Assembly (NCBI GenBank): GCA_000708835.1
Contig: DF237198.1
Location: forward strand, 1-64,000
Origin: Klebsormidium nitens
Lineage: Eukaryota > Plantae > Klebsormidiophyceae
Length of the DNA stretch: 64,000 bases
Direction: 5' to 3'
Both the position numbers and the translations under genes were made by a program. Within the stretch, counting starts at the first letter, position 1. Each line of letters starts with the position of its first letter. The notes below the pieces were generated by a model. That model had not been told where the DNA came from, searched no databases, and was given only the letters and a program-made list of their open reading frames with translations. This document shows, piece by piece, positions 38,199-50,000 of the stretch.

Positions 38199-38759
38199 TT
38201 ACAGCTTTGAAATCCCACATGGAGGAGCAGGGCTTGCAACAGTTGTAGAAGCATTTTTGATCGTTATACGTCGAAGAAGACCCCTCTCATCCTTCCAGAA
38301 AGAGATCTTCTCGTTTGTCGTGCATTCTCGGACAAGCCTACCCGGATAGTTGCCCTTGGAGAAGTGGATGATCAACAAATTATCCTCCTCCAGATACGCC
38401 TGCTCAAATTGGAAGGGGAAACGACTTTTCCTGCTCTCAACAACATTGCTTTCATAGGGCAGATATTCATCTGTGTCCGCCATGGCAATACCGAGCACCC
38501 TTCCAGACTCAACATCATAGCTTATTGGCAAGTCCTCAATCGCGTCTACGGTCAAGCGGTTGTGATATGTGTTCCAATTGAGGTCAAATAAGAGCGTCAC
38601 ACGATTGAAATTTGAATGGTACTCAAGAAGCCTCACGCCATGCCAAGAGGCTGGACGGTCGTACCTGCCTGTCACTTTGTAGGGTTTAGGTCGAGACACC
38701 TTGCTTCGCTGGATGTCTTGGTGTTGCTCCAAGGCTGGATAGGGATGGAACCTGTCCAT
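38199..38759 (-). CDS. Intronless 186-aa protein with two tandem DUF2283-like domains
   Basis: Repeat 1 is YHSNFNRVTLLF...ISYDVESGRVLGIAMAD. Repeat 2 is YLEEDNLLIIHFSKG...ISFWKDERGLLRRITIKNAS. Both fit the recalled DUF2283 pattern YDxxxDxLYIxF...ILDxDxxGxLxGIEIxNAS. First ATG at 38759. Confidence 0.6.
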   Translation of the reverse strand: MDRFHPYPALEQHQDIQRSKVSRPKPYKVTGRYDRPASWHGVRLLEYHSNFNRVTLLFDLNWNTYHNRLTVDAIEDLPISYDVESGRVLGIAMADTDEYLPYESNVVESRKSRFPFQFEQAYLEEDNLLIIHFSKGNYPGRLVRECTTNEKISFWKDERGLLRRITIKNASTTVASPAPPCGISKL

Positions 38760-39702
38760 TGCTGCGGCAGCCAATCCCAATAGTACTAGCCAATTTAAGC
38801 CTCCTGTATTATCTGATCATAAATTGTTCAAAGCGGGCGAAAACACTCTAGCACCGCGGCCGCACCGCGTCTCGCCACGTCAGTCACTCCGGGACTGAGA
38901 CTTTGAAAGGGTTCTGCGCGCCGACGCAGTTTCAGGCAAGTCAAGCGGGTTTTGCAGTAAAATCCCAGTACAATTGCCCGGTAACCCTTCTTTCATGCTG
39001 AAGTCACATAGGTAACGTAACGATGCAGTGACTGTGTAGCTCTGCAAAGTTTCATGCAGCGCTGCGCCCGGCCAGTTCCATACCTGAGAGCAGCTCTGTG
39101 CTAAGTTTTGCAGAAGGTGCGCACAGAGTACTTTGTGCCTCCCTACTTATGTAGGATAGGGTAGGATGTACCTATGTTGGCTTTACTTACCAAGTCGTAC
39201 TACCTACATTAATTAGACAGCTTGCACTCTTTGACCAGCTGTGGGCTGCTCATGCAGTCGTTCCTGGTTTCCGATTTTACCCCCTCTTTGAAACGGGGAG
39301 GACGAAAAGAAGGATGAAGCTAATCAAGCAGAATGAGCTCAATCGGATATTGCATGCCTCCATTACGTACCTAACATGGACTGCACACATATGACGGCTC
39401 ATGCAAGTCATTAGCTAGCTCCAGGGCTGGCGGATGAGGACAGGGGCAGGTGTCCAAAGGGGAGTCGGGGGGCCACTTGTGATCACTTCCGATCGTTGGT
39501 CCCCACCGAAAAGGGTCCAATTGCTCTAAAGCTTGCAAGAGGGTGAACGTCAGCTGCTAAGTGCTGTGTTCAGAATGAGGCAGTGGATTTGTAGGCCTGA
39601 ACTTGTGAGAAAAGTACTTTGTTAAACCACTGGAGAAAGTAAAAGTAGTCTGCCTGAAAAGTGCTGGGAGAAGAGCTGCGCCACAGAAGAATCGGGCCCA
39701 CT

Positions 39703-42700
39703 ATGGCGCGGGCAACGTTGAACGACTTTGTGGTGATTGAAGAGCTGAGCAAGGGCAGCTATGGGGTGGTCTTCAAAGCAATGAGGAAAGGTGAGCTCGT
39801 ACATACTGCATTCTGGGCACAGTTCAACAGCCGATGAAGTAGAGACATGATAGCTCTTGATGATGCGGAAGGCCTGTCACTAAGTGGTAAACACTAGTAA
39901 GCACCCAATGTTGCACCAAAAGCCCGGTGCATTGCACAGTACGTGGGCGGTAGTGAGATGTGTTCAGACCGCTTTGCAACCCTGATGAAGTATCTCTTAA
40001 AAGTTCAAGCACGTATGGACGGCTTACCGGCCCCAAACACTGGGTCTGCATTACAAGGACTTTCAAGCGGGTTGCACCGGAAACAAGAGAGGAAAGAAGT
40101 GAAGAACCTCGCTGCATTTTAATCATCGACAAGCAGCATTCTGTTAGCTGTTTCTATCTCAGACATTCCCAAACTTTTCCATCTCCATTTATGTCATTTC
40201 TGAGGCGGACCACCTCTGTTCGCAGCTGACCGCCGCACTTACGCCCTCAAGAAGATCCCAATGGATGAGCTGACTCGGGAAGAGAAGGAGGAGGTGGTCG
40301 ATGAGGTGTGGACCGTTTCCAGGCTCTTTGCTTGCCCTCCCAACTTTCGAATAGCGCTCCTGTTCAATCAAGACAAACGGGGCAAAACACCTTTTCACTC
40401 CCCTATTTAGTCCATGCTTGCACACGCTTCGGTGATTCTGGAAACAACTCGTTGTGATTCAGGTAGAAGCATCTTGGGGAGGGACGTCAGAGCTGCGCAA
40501 ACGACAATGTTGCAACGGGGCACATGAAACGACATAACACAACTTTGGCAAAGAAGGCTCTTGAAAGTTTTTTTGAATGCGGTGCTCGAAATACATGAAA
40601 GAACAAACACCAAAACGAGTGGCTGTCATCATGATTGCCCCCCAAGGCAGTAGTGCTCGTTGGTTTCAATTGGCTGTCCTAATTTTCCCACTCCGATGCC
40701 ACTCCAGGCCCGAGTCCTGTCTCAGCTCGACTCCAAGTACGTCGTCAAGTATTACGACTGCTTCCGAGGTAAGTCTCGTCACGTTTGGTTTATCCCACCA
40801 GATTATTTGACATCTAGCTAACAAGTCCCCAATTTTGTTGTCAGTGCTGACTGTGAATGACGTCTGTGCTCACACCATTGGTTGCATAGGCCAACATATA
40901 GACCGCCCGAAATCGATTCTCAAGGCCTTCTACACTGGTGTGTGCAGAGCAGGGCTGTTTGTACATCGTGATGGCATATGCCGCCAAGGGCAACCTCCAC
41001 GACCGCATCCAGAGCTTTCGTGGCCGCCTGCTGCCGGAGCCCCTCGTGTGGAGCTTCTTCCTGCAGACCGTGCTTGGCCTCAACCGTATCCTTACCACGT
41101 GGAATGTTGTCAACGCGAATCAGACCTTTTAAAGATGCTTGCGGCTCTGGCCTGATTGGTTCTCCTTGCCGCGTAGAACATCGCTCACGCGAATCAAGTA
41201 ACCTGAAAAGGGTAGAAGTTCTGACCTGAGTGGTTGGGTTGGAAGACTGGAAATTTGCAGGTTATCTTGTCACTACGCTCGTGTTTGACATTCACTCTGG
41301 AGAAGACCAACGGACTGTAAGGAATGGTTCGCAGTCTCCCGTCTCTTTGGTTATCTCCTGCTGGAAAGCAAGCGCGTCTGTCTACGTGGCACCGGTGACT
41401 CCTTGACGTGGCATCGCAATTGCTCTCAGACATCCACCAGAACCACATCATCCACCGTGAGTCTTCTCAACCCCTCTGTTTAAATCCCTGATCTCCGCCA
41501 ATGCTGCGTGCCTCCAGAAGTGTCGCCCTGCGTTTCCGTGATATCCACAAAATCGCAATTGAATGTTGAGCAAACGCCTGTCGTTTCATTGGCCTCAAAG
41601 AAAAATGGATGACTTGACTGACTTTCTTGTCACGACAGGCAGAAATGGCCCGCGGCAAGCAAGATGTCGTAGCAGTCCTGTCCTCAAGTGCCGCAAAAAA
41701 ACGCCAAGATTTGGTGAACTGCCAACCCCCTCATCGCCTCCTGCAGGCGACATTAAGAGCCTCAACATTTTCTTGGACGCGAATGACGTCATCAAGGTAG
41801 GCGACCTGGGCGTGGCCAAGCGCACGCAGCGGGGAGCCGCCCGTCCAGGACAGCTGGCAGGGACGCCCGCGTACCTGGCACCGGAGCTGCTGCAAAACAA
41901 GCCATACAGCGGTACGTACCGCTGAATGTTTCCAATTTTTCAGAGAAAAGAGGAAGCAAAGGGGACACTGTCATGCCTGTTGCGCGCTCGTCAGTCAGTA
42001 AGCCCCGTCCAAAACTTAAATTCCTTCATGTAAATGCTCGAGAACCGGCATGCAATGTGGATCCTGGCTGGATGTGAAAAGCCCACGAGTTGATCTTTGG
42101 AAGCTTGGCGAGCGGCCATGGGCAGAATTGCGACTCATCGCTCTATGCTGAAAGACAAAATCAACCTTTCAAAACATCTCTTCGACGCGCCATTTGATCC
42201 TTTCCGTGATACTTCAACGTCAGAACCGCGAACAGAATTTTGCTTCTCGCCGGAGGCCGCGCTCGAGACTGTGCTTCTCGCTAGGGAAGGATTGCGCCAA
42301 CCTCACACTCATTGATAGTTCCCCTTACAACTTGACAGTCTTGACGATATTTGGGTCTTCTCTAACTGGCAGTGAGGAGCGACGTCTGGGCGATGGGCGT
42401 GATCCTGTACGAGCTGTGCACCCGACGGCTGCCCTTCACCTCCGCAACCGACAAGGGCCTCGCCGCAAAGATCCTGGCAGGTGCGAGCGTTCGTCGGTTA
42501 GCAATTGAAGCACTTTTGACATTGACAGACGACCACGAGGGAAGCTGAAATACCTTTAAACAAGAAGTTCTTTCAATGAACCCTCGCGGGTTGCGCAGAA
42601 AAGATTCATTGTGGGTGGAGTAATTGGAGGGCAACTTGTGACCCGAGTGTTGAGGGGCCTTGAGACAAGCTTCTTGGGTTGCTTGCGCGTTGCTTTAGCA

Positions 42701-45251
42701 GATTGAGAAGAAGACTCGTTTTCTCCGGCAATCTGTAACATGAGGCATCTGACCGCGAATACAATAGAAGTCGAAGGCGACTCAGCATTTTGAGAAACAA
42801 ATGGCTCCAGAAGACCTCCTAAACCTGTGGCCGTCAAACAGGAAGTGATTCGATAACAAAACTTTTTACCCCGCTGTTTGATTGGGAAACGAGTTTACCA
42901 TCCCAATGGTCATGTAGGTATGCCACAAATCAAGTCAGGGAACCTAAAGGATATCACCCATTTGTGCAGGCAAGTACGCTCCGATCAGCCGCGCAGACTA
43001 CAGCGGCCTCCTCTCCGACATGATCCGCAAGCTGCTGCGGCTTACCCCGGGGGAGCGCCCCGACACCGACGAGATCCTGGCAATGCCGCCTATCAAGGCC
43101 AAGGTACGGGCCGTGAATAAACGGAACCATTTTCTGGGATCGATACCAGAATATAGTTCGTTGCGAATGGGAAAGACCTTGCAGTTGAGAGAAAGGTGAG
43201 ACCAAGAGTTTTGTGACTTTCTTAACGAGGGTGAGAAGCGCGGGATCTTTTGTCCTCGATCGAAAAAGCCAAAATAAAACCCGCCTCAGAACCAAAGTGT
43301 CAACGTGTGGGCGCTCTTCAGAACAACGCTGCGGAACGAGCGTGAGGATCTCTACCTTTACGTTACGGGACTCCTTTCTAAATGACGCCCTTATTAAATC
43401 CTCTTGCAGATGAAGGAACTCGGCCTCCTCCCTGCATCCCGTCCTGCCAGCACGGCCGGACTCACGGTCGCGCCCGCGCCCGCGTCTTCGGAGACGCGGC
43501 CGCCCGCCGCGCCTACAGTCCACGTGAGCTAATTACGACGTCGTGGCTGGTTGCTTTCGTCGTACGTAGATATTGACCCGTAGCAGTTCAACACCGTTAA
43601 GCCTGCCGGTTTCTGTAAGTCACTTGGAGAAAGGTTGTTTGTCGTTTCCTTGGAACTTTCGTGCCAGATCAGTCACGGCAAGTGCTTTCAGGCACGGCGA
43701 GCTTCTCATGACTCGTCTATGTAAAGGAAAAAGTTCTCGATCCAAAAGCAGAAGTCCAGAGACCGAAACAGCGACAGCCCTTTTGGACTTATGCCGGTCG
43801 TTTGCTTCATAGAAAGACGAGCGGAGTTGTTCGTCAAACGTCATCGTTCCTAAACTGGGAACACCGAGATAAAGATTGCAATCATTGAGGTTGCATTCAT
43901 AACCGCAGATTCCGCCGGCGGCTTCTAAATCCGCGCCTGCCAAACCCGCCCACGTGGACGCGCGTCAGCCGTGCATCTTGCTGGATGAAGACGACCCTGC
44001 CTCGCCGCAACGCGCGGCCGCCGCCCGCGCGGCCGCGCCGCACAGACCTCTCGATAATAGAAGCGCCGCTGAGAACCGGCAGCGGAACGATCCGGCGGAA
44101 CGGAGGCCGGAAGGGCGGAAAGAAGCTTGGGGGGGTCCAGGGGAGAGCAGAGAGGACAACCAGGCTGGGGGTGAGAAAGACAGGGGGAGGAGGGACCCCC
44201 GCGAAGAGAAGGAGAACGTGCAACGTCAGCAAGCGGAGGCGGCGAGGCCGCGCGTGACGTCACGGTACTGCGTGCGGTGTCGGCGGGAAACGGTGCTGTG
44301 CAGCCACGTGCGGCCGGAGAGGGGGCCAACGCTGGAGGTGAGCCGATTTGCTGACGTTGCGGGTCCGCAACGTGACGAACTCTGTCTCTCTGACCTCAGG
44401 ACATGTTTCCGGATGCCGAACTTATCGCCTCGAGAGGTAACCTTTTAAGATTCTTCTGTGCCCATTTTGAGCCAATTCACTTCTTCGCGCGTGTCGGATA
44501 GGAACACGGACGTCGGCGCCTTCAATCTAAACCCTTTTCTCTCGGGCTCTGTTTTACAGGAGGGAGCTCCGTTGACCAGCTCTCAGGCGGTGGGCCTTTC
44601 CGTCGACCTGGCAGTCTACCAGCCGTCGCCGTTCGCTCGGAGGCAAAACCCGGACATCCAGCCAACTGCAGGAGTCTCGGAGCTGCGGGCCGGGGCCAAG
44701 AAACCGGGGCAAGTCGGAGGACGGTAAGAATTGAATTTCGGGGTTGCTTTTCAAGGATCCTCTCAACATGCGATTCAAGTGGGCGCGTATCGCTCGTCGA
44801 ATGTGAGCGATCGTGACCAACTTGTTGTTTCGAACTCGGAAAGTTCCCACATTTGATTAGGCGGTTCGAACTTCTGCAGATGGGGGAAAGCATGGTCGAG
44901 TCGTAGCTCGAGTTCTGAATCGAACTTGCTTCCAAAGAACCCGAGGATGTGTTCAATGCGTGGGGACATCAGTAGACGGGTGATTTTAGGTTTTCCTTGC
45001 TTATATCATGATGCTGGTCTCAAGACGCGCAGCCGCAGTTCCGTGGCAGACAGGAGAAGGAGAATAGAACATCAGCGCTTGGTTGAAGGCTCTTTCCTTC
45101 TCGCGTTTGCTCACAATGAATCTTCTAAGTGTCGGTTTTCTGCAGGACTCGGCCGCAGTCCGCCTACGCGGGCTATGCTGGGCGGTCGGCTCCTGGAGTA
45201 CCAAACTGGGCGTTCATGGGCTCCTCGATGTACGAGTCAAGGCTGGACTGA
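39703..45251 (+). CDS. NIMA-related (NEK) Ser/Thr kinase with a long low-complexity C-terminal tail; multi-exon
   Basis: LSKGSYGVVFK | YALKKIPM...EVVDE | ARVLSQLDSKYVVKYYDCF | LYIVMAYAAKGNL | HIIHR | DIKSLNIFLD...KVGDLGVAK...GTPAYLAPE | SDVWAMGVILYELC | ...ERPDTDEIL. Tail exons run to a stop at 45249-45251. Confidence 0.9.
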
Positions 45252-47092
45252 GCGGAGTTACGTTCGCGAGCGGGAAGACTCTGCCGTACTATCTGCCGGT
45301 CGTCATCAAGGGTTGCGGTTCTGGCCCCGTCAAAGACTTGTTTGATCAGGTTCAGACGCCTCTAGGATAAGAAAATGCAAGCCGCACTAGTTGCACGTAA
45401 GTCACGAGTCTCTCGAACAATGGATCACCGATGCTGAACCACAACAACTGACTAATATATCACGATGAAGTACCTTTTGTTCCAGGTGTATATTCTGCCT
45501 ACCAATGGCATTGAACCAGCTCCCGAACGAGGTGTTGCGCAATATGCAGTAGGCACGACGTGTAACTTACAGCTAGGATGTTAAGCCCTAAAGAATACCA
45601 CTCGACGTCACAGCGTATGTGCGTACGTCAGCGCCCGCACCCTTGCTGCCATCATGCATTACGTGAGGCCCATACAGAAAGACTGCACTACTCGAGTCGC
45701 TTCAAAACTTCATGAGCGCCTAGAACCGCCCAACAGGGGTGAACCAGAATCACGTCCCCGGCCCGTGCACTCTCTCCTCAAACGAATTGTACAACTACTA
45801 GTCAGCCTGATCACATTGGCGAACACAAACGGATGGTCTTGGAAGTAGACGGCTTGACGGTTTTGATTGGATCTCAACGCAACGAACCACCGTGAATCAG
45901 TAATTCCGTGAGCATCAAGTTGGTGGTTCCAGGGATCAAAGCGTTGCTAGTCGCACGCTTTACCAGGCAGCTATATGAGCACCCTAAGACCCTGCCGGGC
46001 GCCTGTCTACCGTGAGCACTGAAGCGTCTATTCGGAATTCAATATCTACCCGTCACTTCTACTGCGGCCTCATTTCGATCAGGACTGGCAAGTTCGCTGA
46101 ATTGAGGATAGTACAATACCAGTATCTCGAAGATTTGAAGCTCAAGTATTAACCAGACTTTCTTCCTTAACAAGTCAGCGAGCAGTTGAGACAGCTGATG
46201 CTTCGCCAAATGAATTATTGGGTACGATCGTATCCTCTCGAAGCACCATTAGCTCAGAGCTCATGGGATCGGGGCGCCTCATTCGAAAGCTCCGCTTCTG
46301 CTTTCACCTCCCCTTTTTTCCCGGCTGCCTATTCTACTTTCGTCATGCGTGGCATTGCAGAGACTTATCGTAAAATCGTAGGCAAATTGTAAAGAGCCAC
46401 ATCCTTTTCCTAGCTCTCGCGTCGTAAACACGGCAGTGTGAATCGATGACGTTCCAGGGAATACGTTTTACCAGGCTCGCTCCGAGTTTCTCTGAATTGT
46501 TGGAAGTTGCTTCATTGGAGGGAAAATACTGATCAGCTTCAGACTCTTCTTTCGCCCTTCCGGGAACTCTGACCATACGCTATGAATTGGCCGTCCCCGG
46601 ACGCCAATGCACAAAAACGTTCCAGCTCATAAACGCCCAGAAAAGCATGTTCTGGGCACGTCATGCAGATACTTGCTAGAGATATTGGATTTGGTGAATC
46701 GAACTTTTGGAGCTGCATTCTGTTGTGTCCTTGCACATCAATAGACGGGCATGTCAAAAGGATATGCTCAACTTATGCATGAAGACGTCCTTGGGGTCTG
46801 TGGCCCGGGCGCAGTCGAACGGCCTCTGGTATGAGGGTTTGAACTTTGAGCCTCGACTCTTGACTAAAAACCCTAAAGCAGCTACACCCCTAGGCTTTGA
46901 GGCTCTCATGTGACCTCATGAGGCTCTTCAGAACCTGCATTGTTGTATGAGGGCGCGTTGCTCATGTAGAGGCAAACAGGTGAATGCACGAGAGTCTTCT
47001 GGTCTGGCTGCTGCTGTCTGATGATGGCAAGCGTCGGAGAAGCTCATAGCAATTGAAGCAAGCGCAGCCTTCTTTTGGGCTTATGTGCACTG

Positions 47093-50000
47093 ATGGCTTC
47101 ACAGCTTGCAAGCAGCGTGGGCAGGCGACCACATTGTCGTTCACTTTCTCACCGCCAATGCAGAAAGTATCAGGAGGGCCCCCAGCAGGTAATGTCCATT
47201 CCACAGTGGACAGCATTTGCGCAAAGTGCACTGCATCGCTCCGGCCACAAAAAGCATATTGAAAGCGTCTCTTTCTACTCGCACTCACGAAGGGAAACAT
47301 GTTCGGCCAGAACACCATTATTGGTTGGGCGGAGAGTTCCGCACGCAGGAAAGCACAGCGCCTCTGGTTGGAAGGAGACATGTATCAAGGCCGGGAGCCT
47401 GATCGAGAATCTCGATGCGGAGGTCGCTTCACTTCAGGAGAGTGAGAGCAGCTCTGAAGAGACGTTGACGGAGGTGCGGAGGAGAGTTGGTGAAGCGGAG
47501 AGCTCCGGCAAGCTGGATTTGAGTGGTTTGCGGTTGACGGAGCTGCCATCTGATGTGTTTGATCTGACGGGGTTGACCGAGTTGAGGTAAGGAGATGGTG
47601 GCGGAATATTGGAAAAAACGTGCAGCTACATTCAGTTGCTTACTTCCTGGGGTTCAGGTTTGTGCGAGGAGGAGATTGGCGCAATTGCAATGTTTCGTCT
47701 TGGCGGTGGCCCCACATTACTATTGCTCTATGGGGCTAACTGATGTGTGCCTGGAGAATGATGCAAAGTACATTGTCTTAGCTGTCTGAGCGTGAAAGTA
47801 TTTTGAATATGGTTGTATGCGGGAGGTTGACGTCCCTTCTCAGTTTGGGTTCCGGGCGCCTAAGAACTGGTGGCAGAGGTGTGGGCTTTCTTTGAAAGCT
47901 TTCCGCCCAAGTCCATGCGATTCATCAAATGACCATTCTTACCCGCCTAGACTGGTTGGAAAAGCGTCGATTCTATTCTCTGAGGCCAAAGTCAGGGGAG
48001 ACACTGAGCCAATAACCTTTGGAAGCTTAACTCGACCTCATGACAAGACACAGACTGATACTTCATTGTATCCCATACCCATGTATTCATATAAGGATCT
48101 CTCCTGCGCAGCCCACTCCCAAACAACTATAATTCGTGCTACCCTTTGCAGCCTTGCCGGGAACTGTCTGGCCGAGCTCGACCCTGACATTGGGCGCCTC
48201 ACCAATCTCGCAAAGCTGGGCCTTGCCGGGAACAATCTCCGAGGGCTGCCAGCAGAGATTGGTGCACTGAAGTACCTCAAGGGGTTGTGGGTGCATGGGA
48301 ATCTGCTCGAGAGCCTTCCCCCACAGGCAGGTCTTCGAGCTTCGTTGTGCGCAGTATGTGCGTTTGAGTCTTCATTGTAATGTGTCCCGAATCAGCAATC
48401 CGTCTTTCTCTGGGGGTCGTGTTCCATATTGCCATTGCATTTGAGCCCAAAAGTGTGTGCTGATGGACCATGTATACTTTGACCTGCAAAGCTTCAAGTC
48501 AAATGGTACAGGCGTCAGAGACAGGTTGGTGCAGGATCTGTGCCGCACAGGTGCGTACCTTTGTTTCACGTTGATGAACCCCCAAGCAAGGAAAAGTCTG
48601 CTGATGGACATAGCGATTCTTTCTTACCTTTTCCTCGATTTACGTTCCCCTTCACTTTCCTACAGATTGGCAAGCTCAAATACTTGGGCATTCTCGCCCT
48701 TGGAGGCAACCGTCTCACGACTCTCCCCGAGGAGATTGGCTGCCTAACCAGCCTTCAAAGCCTTTCCGTTCCCGGCAACCGTCTCACGTCCCTTGACGCC
48801 CTGGCATGCGGGCGGCCCCTCCCTGAGCTCAAAGCCCTCGGGCTCTTTGGAAACTGTTTGCGCGAGGTGCCAGAGGGAGTGCTTGGGAGACTGCCCGGCT
48901 TGACGGAGCTATGGCTACAGGTAAGTTCGACTTTGAGGGGTCAGCGTTTTAGCTCTGCGCTGCTTAAGGTGCGGCCGGGCCCTCTTTTCTGAAGCGCCGA
49001 CAATAGGATATGTGGCCGCAGCGAAATTTGCTGTTTGAAAACCATGCTCGACAAACTCGATGTACAATCGGGTATCGAACGGAAGATTGAGACCAGAGTC
49101 AAGAACTATTGGGATTTGACACTTTTGCAGTCTTGTTGTGAGAATCGCGTTCGTACTGGGTTTCAGAGTCGGGGGATTCGTTTTCAGGTAGGGAATTGTT
49201 TCAGGTTGGGATTCGTAGGAGTGCTGTCCGACATATCACTTTTGGTGTACGGCTTTGCGGCCTGGTAACATACAATGCTACTTCGAAGAGTCTAGTATCT
49301 TCAGAATGCCGGTTGTTGTTGGCACTCCCCTCTTTCGATGTATAAACGCCATCAATGCCATTCTTGCTGTGGTGATTTCTGCAACCGAGAGGACAGATCG
49401 TTAACGCAATCTTTTCCTTTTTGGAAAGCCAGCTTGTAAGCATCGCCACCCTCTCTCTGCAGGGAAACGCGTTGACCCAGCTTTCGGGGAGCCCTTCCGA
49501 CTGGGCCGCGCTGAAAGCCCTCAAACAGCTTAGCGTCGCAGACAACGACCTGACCTCACTCCCAGACGCCCTCGCTTCCCTCCCCAGCTTAAAAGACCTG
49601 TGGGTCTACGGAAACCGCCTGCAAACCCTCCCACTAACCCTGGTCGAGATGCCGAAGCTCGCGCACCTGTGGCTCGAAGGGAACCCCCTGGAAAGCGACG
49701 CGTTGGGAGAGGCCCTGTTGCGGCTACCACTGACGGGGAAATGGGCGCGGAAGGTAGTGGTGGGAATCGACACGCAGCAGGCACGGGGCCTGAAGGCGGA
49801 GATTTGGGAGTCGGCTGCGGTAAGCGAGTGCGTAAAAGTGAGTACGCTTGCGGGAAACGGCGGGGATATTGGAAAGCGGGAGGGTTACTTTAAGCTAGAT
49901 CATGGTGTGCCGTTCGCGCTCGGGGGGGTGGGGTCGAACTCCGAGACAGACCCTGAAAAGGTGGGTGAAGGAGCAACGGAGAGGGACGGACAGGGAAATG

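Noticed and set aside
45400-46950. Possible hidden gene or TE between NEK and the LRR-hydrolase
   Set aside because: No coherent ORF chain, motif or terminal repeats. A single AAACCCTAA telo-box-like 9-mer at 46868-46876 is too weak to call.
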